This document shows, one piece after another, positions 8,857-16,377 of a DNA stretch of 50,295 bases. The notes under the pieces are model-generated. The model was not told the DNA's origin and ran no database searches. It saw only the letters and a list, made by a program, of their open reading frames with translations. Made by a program: the position numbers and the translations under genes. Within the stretch, counting starts at the first letter, position 1. Each line of letters starts with the position of its first letter. The stretch lies in IMG/VR virus record IMGVR_UViG_3300045988_134262; one strand, written 5' to 3'. The stretch comes from a virus.

Positions 8857-8885
8857 AAATATGTAAAGAAGAGAGGTAAACGAAT

Positions 8886-9254
8886 ATGAAAACAAACTTA
8901 GAAGAAATTATGAACGTAAGAAAAGGACTTGAAGGATATGTTGGTGAAGAATATGATTACAAACTATTCAAAAATTGTGAATGTATGCTTCACAACTTAA
9001 GAGAAAGAATGAGCCACGTTCTAGATGTTGCAATGCATACAGAAGAAAAAGAAGAACTAGAAAATGAATATTTGGAACTAGAAAAAGAATACAATGAACT
9101 GTATGAAGAATTAAAACCTTATATGTTAGCAGTATATGATGGATATAAAGAATACTCAGAACGTTGCTATTATAGATATAACAACGTAATTGATTATAGA
9201 CATTGCGATGATTATTTTATGAATGAAATGGCAATAGAAATATTTAAGAACTAA
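8886..9254 (+). CDS. Hypothetical protein, family B paralog (with 43496..43813 and 45438..45950)
   Basis: Shared blocks K(L/M)F.NC...L.NL and KEYNEL...L.P(Y/I)M...Y.GYK.Y...C. Confidence 0.6.
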   Translation: MKTNLEEIMNVRKGLEGYVGEEYDYKLFKNCECMLHNLRERMSHVLDVAMHTEEKEELENEYLELEKEYNELYEELKPYMLAVYDGYKEYSERCYYRYNNVIDYRHCDDYFMNEMAIEIFKN

Positions 9255-9258
9255 AAAT

Positions 9259-9286
9259 AAGTGAAGCGATAACACTTAAAACACTA
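9259..9286 (+). repeat. 28-bp conserved element copy 1 (AAGTGAAGCGATAACACTTAAAACACTA)
   Basis: One of four near-identical copies, each just downstream of a stop codon. Confidence 0.7.
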
Positions 9287-9310
9287 ATTTAAAGAAAGAA
9301 GGAAAGAAAT

Positions 9311-9520
9311 ATGGAATATAACAAAGAAAATTATATAGGAAGAAAAATCTTGCTTTTTCCAAATGATACATACAGTAAAAAGGTAGTTATCAAGAATGTA
9401 GATGATTTAGGATTTACTATATTGATAACAGAGGCAGAAAAAGAGTCTGGTTACGCAGTAGGAAGAACATATTTTATCAATCATGCTTCACATATTAAAT
9501 TTTTATTTTTGGATTCATGA
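9311..9520 (+). CDS. Hypothetical protein
   Basis: ORF with a purine-rich RBS. No recognisable motif. Confidence 0.5.
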   Translation: MEYNKENYIGRKILLFPNDTYSKKVVIKNVDDLGFTILITEAEKESGYAVGRTYFINHASHIKFLFLDS

Positions 9521-9547
9521 TTTTAAAAGAATTGAGGTAAAAGAAAA

Positions 9548-9802
9548 ATGGAAAAGACAATTAATTTTGAAGGCGATGTTTTAACACTTGTAATAGTAGA
9601 AGAGCCAAACAGTAATTGGGATATATACTATTGCGACAGAAACAAACAACTTTACTATATTGCAAAAAAGAAAGGTTGTGGAAGTGGTTGGTTCGGTGAT
9701 CTATACCATTTAAAAAGACTTAAAATAAGATTTGGTTTCAGTTATGAAAGCATTACTGAAAAGGGTGTTGAATTGGGTATTGATAAAATTTTAGGAGAAT
9801 AA
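9548..9802 (+). CDS. Hypothetical protein
   Basis: ORF with a GAGGT RBS. Confidence 0.5.
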   Translation: MEKTINFEGDVLTLVIVEEPNSNWDIYYCDRNKQLYYIAKKKGCGSGWFGDLYHLKRLKIRFGFSYESITEKGVELGIDKILGE

Positions 9803-9806
9803 AAAG

Positions 9807-10034
9807 ATGAAAATTATTAATGATATAGTTGCTATGGATATGATCCATATTATAGATGATGTAAATATCCTATATGATGTTGATGTAAGAAAAATGCTTG
9901 TATTGGAGACAGTACAAGCATATAAAAGAAACTTAGAACGTGCTGAAAATTTGAAGGAATATAACGATATTCTTTCAGATTTTAGAAACATGCTAGTAGA
10001 TGTTATTGAAGCACAAAAAAAATGTAATGAATAA
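9807..10034 (+). CDS. Hypothetical acidic protein
   Basis: ORF with a GGAG RBS. Confidence 0.5.
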   Translation: MKIINDIVAMDMIHIIDDVNILYDVDVRKMLVLETVQAYKRNLERAENLKEYNDILSDFRNMLVDVIEAQKKCNE

Positions 10035-10059
10035 AAAAAGAAAAAATTAAAACTTTCGC

Positions 10060-10088
10060 TTGTATATATGTATCACATATGCTATAAT
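10060..10088 (+). promoter_or_regulatory. Conserved early promoter copy 2 (TTGTAT-17-TATAAT) with ATGTATCACAT in the spacer
   Basis: Read directly. Followed by the AGAGAGAGGTAAAAGAATATG leader. Confidence 0.65.
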
Positions 10089-10118
10089 ATATATATAGAA
10101 AGAGAGAGGTAAAAGAAT

Positions 10119-10427
10119 ATGACAAATTTAGAAATTGTTGAAAAAGAAGTGGTTGAAAGAGGATTCTTGACAGAAGAAGAATGTGGAAAGATAATTGGAC
10201 AGTATGGAGAATTACCATACAAAACATATCAAGAATGGAAATATAGTGGTTATCAAGTAAAGAAAGGATCTAAAGCAGTTATAAAAACTAAACTTTGGAA
10301 GAAAGTAAAAAGCAAAAAGAAAGAGGAAGAAAGTGAAGATAAAGAAAACAATAAAAAAGTAAGTAACTTTATTATGGTTACTGCATCATTATTTGATTTA
10401 TCACAAGTTGAAAAAATTGAAGCATAG
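10119..10427 (+). CDS. Hypothetical protein (weak ArdC-N/DUF1738-like flavour)
   Basis: YKTYQEWKYSGYQVKKGSKAV loosely recalls the T..QW...G..VkKGEK motif. The C-terminal half is K/E-rich. The family assignment is unsure. Confidence 0.45.
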   Translation: MTNLEIVEKEVVERGFLTEEECGKIIGQYGELPYKTYQEWKYSGYQVKKGSKAVIKTKLWKKVKSKKKEEESEDKENNKKVSNFIMVTASLFDLSQVEKIEA

Positions 10428-10463
10428 GCATAATGCTTATGCTTCAAATAGTAAACAAGGAGA

Positions 10464-10682
10464 ATGAAAAAAATGGAATTAAACGAAGTATTTACAGTTA
10501 AAAAAGGCAAAAGAACATTAAGATGGAAAATTGTTGAGCACCCATATTTTTATTGCTTAACACTTGTTAGAGACCACCCTTATTTAACAAGTGGTGAATG
10601 TTCAAAGGAAGATATGAAACATATGGGTGGGAGTTTTGAAACAATAGAAAAAGCGTATGAATGGGCACAATTAATGTCATGA
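10464..10682 (+). CDS. Hypothetical protein
   Basis: ORF after an AAGGAG. The start is ambiguous between 10464 and 10473. Confidence 0.5.
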   Translation: MKKMELNEVFTVKKGKRTLRWKIVEHPYFYCLTLVRDHPYLTSGECSKEDMKHMGGSFETIEKAYEWAQLMS

Positions 10683-10693
10683 GGGTGATAGCA

Positions 10694-10864
10694 ATGAACA
10701 CTCATAAAGCACTATACGCATATTATGAAAAAGATGAATTAAAGATAGTTGGAACTGCTAGAGAGTTAGCAAACTATTTAAATACGTCTATCTACAATGT
10801 AAGAAGAAGAGCAAGAAAAGAAAAGGATATTATAAAAGTTGGATATATAGGAGATGATGAATAA
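10694..10864 (+). CDS. Small basic protein, paralog of 1037..1243
   Basis: GAGGGTG RBS. See 1037..1243 for the shared pattern. Confidence 0.5.
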   Translation: MNTHKALYAYYEKDELKIVGTARELANYLNTSIYNVRRRARKEKDIIKVGYIGDDE

Positions 10865-11106
10865 TGAAAACGGAAATTCATAAAACTATTTATAGTTGTG
10901 ACTGTTGTAAGAAAGAAGTGCAGTCTAAGGAAGATTTATGCGAATGTGTCATTCCCATGAGGTATTATGATGAATACGGAATACCACATGAACTAATTAA
11001 CGGAGAAGTAGAACTATGTGAAGATTGTTATAAAAAATTAAATGATGTAATTAGAAAACATTTTCATGAATTTCATTATGTATTTTTTCAAGGTGTAAAA
11101 GGTTAA
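10864..11106 (+). CDS. Cys-rich zinc-ribbon-like protein
   Basis: The cysteine pairs CDCC ... CEC ... CEDC are spaced as in a zinc ribbon. Confidence 0.5.
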   Translation: MKTEIHKTIYSCDCCKKEVQSKEDLCECVIPMRYYDEYGIPHELINGEVELCEDCYKKLNDVIRKHFHEFHYVFFQGVKG

Positions 11107-11121
11107 AGGAGATTAGTAAAA

Positions 11122-11310
11122 GTGGAAGTTGATGAAAATAGATTAAACAAACTTTTGAATGCTTTTGGTCATAACTGCGACTATTTGTATCAAGAAGTTT
11201 ATAAAAAATACTGCTGTCATGGAATCATTAATAATGAACCTAATGAATGTAAAAATTGTAAATTTAAAAATAGCAAGTCAATAAAAGAATGGATTAGAAA
11301 GGAAAATTAA
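11122..11310 (+). CDS. Small Cys-rich protein
   Basis: GTG start after an AAGGAG. Contains ECKNCKF and CC motifs. Confidence 0.45.
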   Translation: MEVDENRLNKLLNAFGHNCDYLYQEVYKKYCCHGIINNEPNECKNCKFKNSKSIKEWIRKEN

Positions 11311-11440
11311 TCTATCCTAGTGAAACTAGGTTGAAACTAAATGAATGGTGATATAGTTTCATAAAATCTATTTATCGTGGCTGAATAATAGCAAATTAAT
11401 ATATTAACCAATATCTAAGAATAGATTATTGGTTGATTAA

Positions 11441-12316
11441 TTGGACAATGAATTTATTTTGATTGATAGGGTTGATTCTATCAAGAAAGTTATAAACAAA
11501 TATGGAATTGAAAATTTTGTTATTTCATTTAGTGGAGGAAAAGATTCCACTGTATTATCAAAGTTAATTGATATTGCAATACCTAATAATGATATTCCAA
11601 GGGTATTCATAAATACAGGTATTGAATATAAAGCAATTGTTGATTTTGTGCATGAGAATATGAAAAAGGATAAACGATTTATTGAGATTAAACCATCAAT
11701 ACCTTTAAGCATGATATTTAGAAAATATGGTTATCCTTTTAAATCTAAGGAACATAGTCAATTAGTTCATTTATTTCAGCAAAACGGACATAGCAAAACA
11801 ACTCTTAGATATTATAACCCTCCAGAAAATCGCAAGCGTTTTGGTTGCCCTAAAGTATTAAAATATCAATTTGAAGAAGGAACACAACTTAAAATAAGTG
11901 ATAAGTGTTGCACTAAATTAAAAAAAGAACCATTTACAAAATGGCAAGAAGAAAATAGAAAACCTTATAAAATGACAGGAGAAAGACTTTCGGAGGGTGG
12001 TTTAAGAGCATCTCATAAAGGTTGCTTAGTTATTGATAAGAATAGCAAACTAAAGAAATTTAAACCATTGAATCCTGTCACTAGTGAATGGCTTGAATGG
12101 TTTATAAATGAGTATAAAGTTCAATTATGCAAATTATATGATGAACCTTATAACTTTAAAAGAACAGGTTGTTTAGGGTATCCATTTAATATTAATTTGC
12201 AAGATACATTAGATACTTTAGAAAAGACTTTGCCACTTGAGAAAAAGAAAGCAGAAGCAATTTGGAAAGAAGTATATCAAGAGTATAGGAAATTAAATTA
12301 CAGATTAAAAAGGTAA
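11441..12316 (+). CDS. PP-loop ATP pyrophosphatase, PAPS-reductase-like family
   Basis: SFSGGKDST PP-loop, INTGIEY, CCTKLKKEP, TGERLSEGGLRA and KRTGCLGYP follow the PAPS_reduct block order. The only possible start before the PP-loop is TTG at 11441, and it has no clear SD. Confidence 0.7.
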   Translation: MDNEFILIDRVDSIKKVINKYGIENFVISFSGGKDSTVLSKLIDIAIPNNDIPRVFINTGIEYKAIVDFVHENMKKDKRFIEIKPSIPLSMIFRKYGYPFKSKEHSQLVHLFQQNGHSKTTLRYYNPPENRKRFGCPKVLKYQFEEGTQLKISDKCCTKLKKEPFTKWQEENRKPYKMTGERLSEGGLRASHKGCLVIDKNSKLKKFKPLNPVTSEWLEWFINEYKVQLCKLYDEPYNFKRTGCLGYPFNINLQDTLDTLEKTLPLEKKKAEAIWKEVYQEYRKLNYRLKR

Positions 12317-12379
12317 ATTATAATTATATTTAGCAATATATATTTAGCACTCATATTATTCTTAGTTGGTGGAGTTATT

Positions 12380-12520
12380 TTGCAATATGTACTAGCAGGA
12401 ATATTATTTGTGATTAGTTGTGTTATTTATTTAATAGGTTCAATGATTAAGTTGCTTATAGAAGAACTAATAAATTGGATAAAAGAAAAGATAAAAAGTA
12501 TTTTTAACGAGAATGAGTAA
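12380..12520 (+). CDS. Possible small membrane protein (TTG start)
   Basis: GGTGGAG lies 5 nt upstream of the TTG. The N-terminus is hydrophobic. Weak call. Confidence 0.25.
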   Translation: MQYVLAGILFVISCVIYLIGSMIKLLIEELINWIKEKIKSIFNENE

Positions 12521-12535
12521 AAAGGAGCAAAGAAA

Positions 12536-12796
12536 ATGAAAAATATAGTTATTAGAATGTTAAATGGAGATGAATACCACTTGCATAATACAAGAACAAC
12601 AATTTTAATGACAAGAAATTTTGATGATATGAATTTTATTGAAATTGACAACGCTATTGCAAAAGAAATTATATATGTAAAATATTATTATAATTTCCGA
12701 AATGAACCTCCATTGAATTCAAAAGTAAAAGTATTATCAAGTGTTTCAATTAACTCTAATAATATTACATCAATAAATTATTTAGATGAGGAGTAA
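12536..12796 (+). CDS. Hypothetical protein; homologous to the N-terminal domain of 16378..16923
   Basis: V.I.M(L/V)NGDEY.L and IN(S/A)(N/S)NI(T/V)(S/T)I(N/E) blocks are shared with the first 90 aa of the 16378 ORF. Confidence 0.55.
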   Translation: MKNIVIRMLNGDEYHLHNTRTTILMTRNFDDMNFIEIDNAIAKEIIYVKYYYNFRNEPPLNSKVKVLSSVSINSNNITSINYLDEE

Positions 12797-12799
12797 AAA

Positions 12800-13276
12800 A
12801 TGATTAATTGCGAAAGATACATAGATGATATTTTAAAAACTAATAATTGTGATTTTGGATTTAATAAACGTGATAGAAAAATTATAAAATGTGATGCAAA
12901 ATATTGTGATGAATGTTTATTCAATCCGAAAAATTGTGCATATAAATCAACATGTAATGTTTTAAGATTAAAATGGTTGGCTTCTGAAAATAAAGAACCT
13001 ATTAGGTTGAATAGACTTGAATATGAGGTTTTAAAATTCATAGAATTTGGATATATTGCTAGGGATAAAGAAGGAAATTTATTTTCATTTTGGTATAAAC
13101 CAAGAAAATGTAATGATATTTGGGATTGTGATGTTCCTAAGAATCAAAATTATTCACATGATTTAACTTTATTCAATGAATTATTTAAATTTATTAGATG
13201 GGAAGATGCAGAACCAACTTCAATAGAAGAATTATTAAAAAATTGCGAGGTAACTGAAAATGCTGAAAACAGATGA
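12800..13276 (+). CDS. Family A paralog 1 (Cys-rich N-terminus plus conserved W-E/K-D...EP(T/K)SI C-terminal domain)
   Basis: LNRLEYEVLKFI...YIARDKEGNL...LFNELFKFIRWEDAEPTSIEELLKNCEV aligns with four other ORFs. Confidence 0.65.
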   Translation: MINCERYIDDILKTNNCDFGFNKRDRKIIKCDAKYCDECLFNPKNCAYKSTCNVLRLKWLASENKEPIRLNRLEYEVLKFIEFGYIARDKEGNLFSFWYKPRKCNDIWDCDVPKNQNYSHDLTLFNELFKFIRWEDAEPTSIEELLKNCEVTENAENR

Positions 13277-13457
13277 TATTGCTCAATTTGTCGCAATTAG
13301 TGGACTAATGAATTATTGTAAATCTCATGATGATTGCAAAAATTGCAATATGTATAATCTTTGCAATGTACTGACAGGAGAAAAGAAATTAACGTGGGTT
13401 ATTGATAAAATTATATTTGAACATTCAGATAATGAGGAGGAAAAAGAATATGAATAA
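13260..13457 (+). CDS. Small Cys-rich protein
   Basis: YCKSHDDCKNCNMYNLC. The start lies in a conserved junction TTGCGAGGTAACTGAAAATG. Confidence 0.5.
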   Translation: MLKTDDIAQFVAISGLMNYCKSHDDCKNCNMYNLCNVLTGEKKLTWVIDKIIFEHSDNEEEKEYE

Positions 13458-13917
13458 TGGAGAAAAATACAAAGATAAAATTATTGAAGAATATCAAAAT
13501 TTACTAAAAGAAAAAGTTATTGATGGTGATGGCAATAGAATGAATAGAGCAATTAAGGAAATTGCATATAAATATTGTGGAATGAGATTACTTGGCGCAT
13601 CTAGTACATTTGAATGGTTATTTGATGATTATAAAGAACAACCTATCAAATTAACTAGATTAGAATATTTATTATTAAAGTTATTTTATGAAAAAGATTT
13701 TAGGTATTTAACAAGAAGTGCTGGAGGGTTTTTGTATATGAATAAAGGAAATAATCCTCCTCAAAAAAAAGATGGAATGTGGTTTAATTGCGAATCTTAT
13801 ATAACTTATGATGTAATTAATGATTTATTTCAATTTGTGCAGTGGAAAGATGAACAACCTAAATCAATCAAAAAAATACTAAATAACTGCGAAGTATTTG
13901 ATAATGAAGATAACTAA
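13450..13917 (+). CDS. Family A paralog 2 (lacks the Cys-rich N-terminus)
   Basis: LTRLEYLLLKLF...YLTRSAGGFL...INDLFQFVQWKDEQPKSIKKILNNCEV. GGAGG RBS. Confidence 0.65.
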   Translation: MNNGEKYKDKIIEEYQNLLKEKVIDGDGNRMNRAIKEIAYKYCGMRLLGASSTFEWLFDDYKEQPIKLTRLEYLLLKLFYEKDFRYLTRSAGGFLYMNKGNNPPQKKDGMWFNCESYITYDVINDLFQFVQWKDEQPKSIKKILNNCEVFDNEDN

Positions 13918-13961
13918 ATTAATTATTCTTATGAAAAATGGCGATTATTGGAGGGTTTAAA

Positions 13962-14417
13962 ATGATTAATGCAGAAAAATATAAAAATGAATTAAAATCA
14001 TTAAATGATGCAGATAAATTATGGTGTAGTGCTTTTAATAAATATGATATGACTTTTGACAGTTGTGTAAATGTAAAATGTGAAAATTGTGCATTTAGCG
14101 GTGGCAAAGGTTGCAGGGTAGAACGTTATAATTGGCTATTATCTGAGTATATCGAACATATTGAGGTTAGCGAGTTTGAATATAAGATTCTTAAATATCT
14201 AGCAGATAAAACAAGACATATGTATATCGCAAGAGATAAAAGCGGAAGCCTATATCTCTATGATTCTGAGCCTTGCAAGAGCAACACTAAAAATTTGTGG
14301 ATTGGTAAAGGTACACCACAACTAACACCATTTAATAAACTGTTTAAATTTATCACGTGGGAAGATGATAAACCAACATCAATCAAAGATGTTTTAGATA
14401 ATTGCATTATTAAATGA
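13962..14417 (+). CDS. Family A paralog 3
   Basis: MINAEKYKNEL, a C-x13-C-x4-C-x2-C-x7-C block, YIARDKSGSL and FNKLFKFITWEDDKPTSIKDVLDNC. Confidence 0.65.
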   Translation: MINAEKYKNELKSLNDADKLWCSAFNKYDMTFDSCVNVKCENCAFSGGKGCRVERYNWLLSEYIEHIEVSEFEYKILKYLADKTRHMYIARDKSGSLYLYDSEPCKSNTKNLWIGKGTPQLTPFNKLFKFITWEDDKPTSIKDVLDNCIIK

Positions 14418-14434
14418 AATTATGAAAATAATTG

Positions 14435-14463
14435 TTGATATTATATGTAATACATAGTATAAT
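14435..14463 (+). promoter_or_regulatory. Conserved early promoter copy 3 (TTGATA-17-TATAAT) with ATGTAATACAT in the spacer
   Basis: Read directly. It lies inside the paralog array. Confidence 0.65.
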
Positions 14464-14495
14464 TTACTTGTAAATTGAAAAGGAGGAATAATGAT

Positions 14496-14771
14496 ATGAA
14501 AATAAAACTTAGAACACAGTACGTATTTGAAGGTCTAGAGGATAGATATGAAACATTGCAAAAAATTTTAAAACATAATTTTGGAATTGCTGAATCGAAT
14601 GATGAAGTAGCCGTATTATGTAATGTTATGAATTGCGATAAGTGTAAATATTTTAATGAGGATTATCCTTGTGCAACGCAAGAGGTTTTAGAATTATTAC
14701 ATTTAATTACAATGTTAAGAAAACAAAATTGTCAATATACAGAAATTGAAATTGAAGAAACGGGGCATTAG
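14496..14771 (+). CDS. Small Cys-rich protein
   Basis: AAGGAGG RBS. Contains CNVMNCDKCKYFNEDYPC. Confidence 0.5.
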   Translation: MKIKLRTQYVFEGLEDRYETLQKILKHNFGIAESNDEVAVLCNVMNCDKCKYFNEDYPCATQEVLELLHLITMLRKQNCQYTEIEIEETGH

Positions 14772-14774
14772 AAA

Positions 14775-15248
14775 ATGATTAACGCTGAAAAATTCAAAGA
14801 TGAATTAAGAATAATTATTGATTCAAATAAATTAAATGATTGCGCATTTAGAAAAAATAATAAAACATTTTGTGAGTGTTCTGATACTTTTTGCGAAAAT
14901 TGCATATTTGATAACAGAAAAGGCTGTCAGTACGGACGCATAAAGTGGATGCTTTCAGAGTATAAAGAAGGGATCGTTTTATCAAAACTTGAATATGCAC
15001 TTTTAAAATATATTTTTAACAGAACAAAATATAGATACATTGTTAGAAGTAAACTTGGAGAAGTTTTCGTTTATGAGAACGAACCAATAAAAAACGGTGA
15101 TGATTGGAGCGTTCTTTTAAATGGTGGAGGATTTACAACTATAGTGTTTTTAAGTGAATTATTCAAATTTATAAAATGGTCTGATTTAACAGCAATATCA
15201 ATAAAAGATGTTCTTGCTGATTGTAATGTTATTGATGATAATTATTAA
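14775..15248 (+). CDS. Family A paralog 4
   Basis: MINAEKFKDEL, a Cys block ending CENC, YIVRSKLGEV and LSELFKFIKWSDLTAISIKDVLADC. Confidence 0.65.
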   Translation: MINAEKFKDELRIIIDSNKLNDCAFRKNNKTFCECSDTFCENCIFDNRKGCQYGRIKWMLSEYKEGIVLSKLEYALLKYIFNRTKYRYIVRSKLGEVFVYENEPIKNGDDWSVLLNGGGFTTIVFLSELFKFIKWSDLTAISIKDVLADCNVIDDNY

Positions 15249-15290
15249 TAAAAAAATGATATTAAAAATAGAGTGAGTGGGTTAGATAAT

Positions 15291-15623
15291 ATGAACGTTA
15301 TTTCTATGGAACTGCATGAGGAGCAGATAACAGAGTTACAAAGTAAGATTGAAGAATTAGAAAGCGAAAAGCATTGTTTAGAAGAAGAATTAGAAGATTT
15401 AAAAATTGAAAATGATGATTTGGAAGACAGATATAAAAGTTATAAAGAAACATATCAAAGTGTATTGAATATTTATAATGATAATTTAAAAAAGTTAGAT
15501 GATATGCAAAAATTAAATAGTAAATTAGTTAAAAATAATAAAGAATCTAATAGAGATTTCTTTATTCTTGCAACAGCATATGCTATTACATTAATTATAA
15601 TTATTTACTTATTTATTTTATAA
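15291..15623 (+). CDS. Coiled-coil protein with C-terminal TM anchor
   Basis: An E/L/K heptad-like N-terminus is followed by FFILATAYAITLIIIIYLFIL. Confidence 0.5.
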   Translation: MNVISMELHEEQITELQSKIEELESEKHCLEEELEDLKIENDDLEDRYKSYKETYQSVLNIYNDNLKKLDDMQKLNSKLVKNNKESNRDFFILATAYAITLIIIIYLFIL

Positions 15624-15635
15624 TAGGAGAATGTT

Positions 15636-15875
15636 ATGGAAGATTATAGAACATGTGAATATGAAGATAAAAAATATATATTCCACTGTTTTGAACAATG
15701 GTCAAACGTTATAGGAGAATCTCCTATGATTGGTGGACATTCAGCAGGACAAATTAGTCTTGTGTTTGCCATAATAGAAGATTCAAAAGGCAATATCTAT
15801 CGTGTTGAGCCTACAAATATTAAATTTACCGATAATAAATATATTGATTATTTTTGGGGATTAGACGAGGAGTGA
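15636..15875 (+). CDS. Hypothetical protein
   Basis: ORF with an AGGAG RBS. Confidence 0.5.
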   Translation: MEDYRTCEYEDKKYIFHCFEQWSNVIGESPMIGGHSAGQISLVFAIIEDSKGNIYRVEPTNIKFTDNKYIDYFWGLDEE

Positions 15876-15880
15876 TATAT

Positions 15881-16042
15881 ATGTTATTACATATATTAGA
15901 AAATGTATTTTATATATTTGCTATTATAATGCTGATTATTGGTATTCTTATTGCAATATCAGTAATTGCTATAGCAGTATTCATTATAATGTCGGTATTT
16001 GTAAATGGAATTGTAGAAGATAAGGAGAACAATAATTTATGA
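15881..16042 (+). CDS. Small membrane protein
   Basis: GAGGAG RBS. Almost entirely hydrophobic. Confidence 0.45.
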   Translation: MLLHILENVFYIFAIIMLIIGILIAISVIAIAVFIIMSVFVNGIVEDKENNNL

Positions 16043-16206
16043 CAATAGAAGAATTAAGAAATAAAATAATTGATACGTTGAACGATCAAAAAGTTCGCAT
16101 TGAAGGTGATGAAAGAGATGAGTATTTTAATTACGGTGTTAATACTTGCATAAATTATATTGAAGATATTTTTAAAGAATATGAGGAATCAAAAAATGAT
16201 TGTTAA
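16039..16206 (+). CDS. Small hypothetical protein (55 aa)
   Basis: ATGA overlap with the upstream gene. AAGGAG lies upstream. Too short for the supplied ORF track. Confidence 0.4.
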   Translation: MTIEELRNKIIDTLNDQKVRIEGDERDEYFNYGVNTCINYIEDIFKEYEESKNDC

Positions 16207-16375
16207 TGATAAAAAATTGCACTTATTACTTGAAATGATAAATTTTGTAGCAAACTGCAATTATGTGTATTTTAATTGGTATGGAGAAAGATGTAGGTAT
16301 CAGTTAGATTGCAATGAAAAATGTCCATTCTACAATGTTGAAAATATGATGAAATGGGTAAAAGAAGGAGATTAA
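16196..16375 (+). CDS. Small Cys-rich protein
   Basis: GAGGAA RBS. Contains CRYQLDCNEKCPFYN. Confidence 0.5.
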   Translation: MIVNDKKLHLLLEMINFVANCNYVYFNWYGERCRYQLDCNEKCPFYNVENMMKWVKEGD

Positions 16376-16377
16376 GT

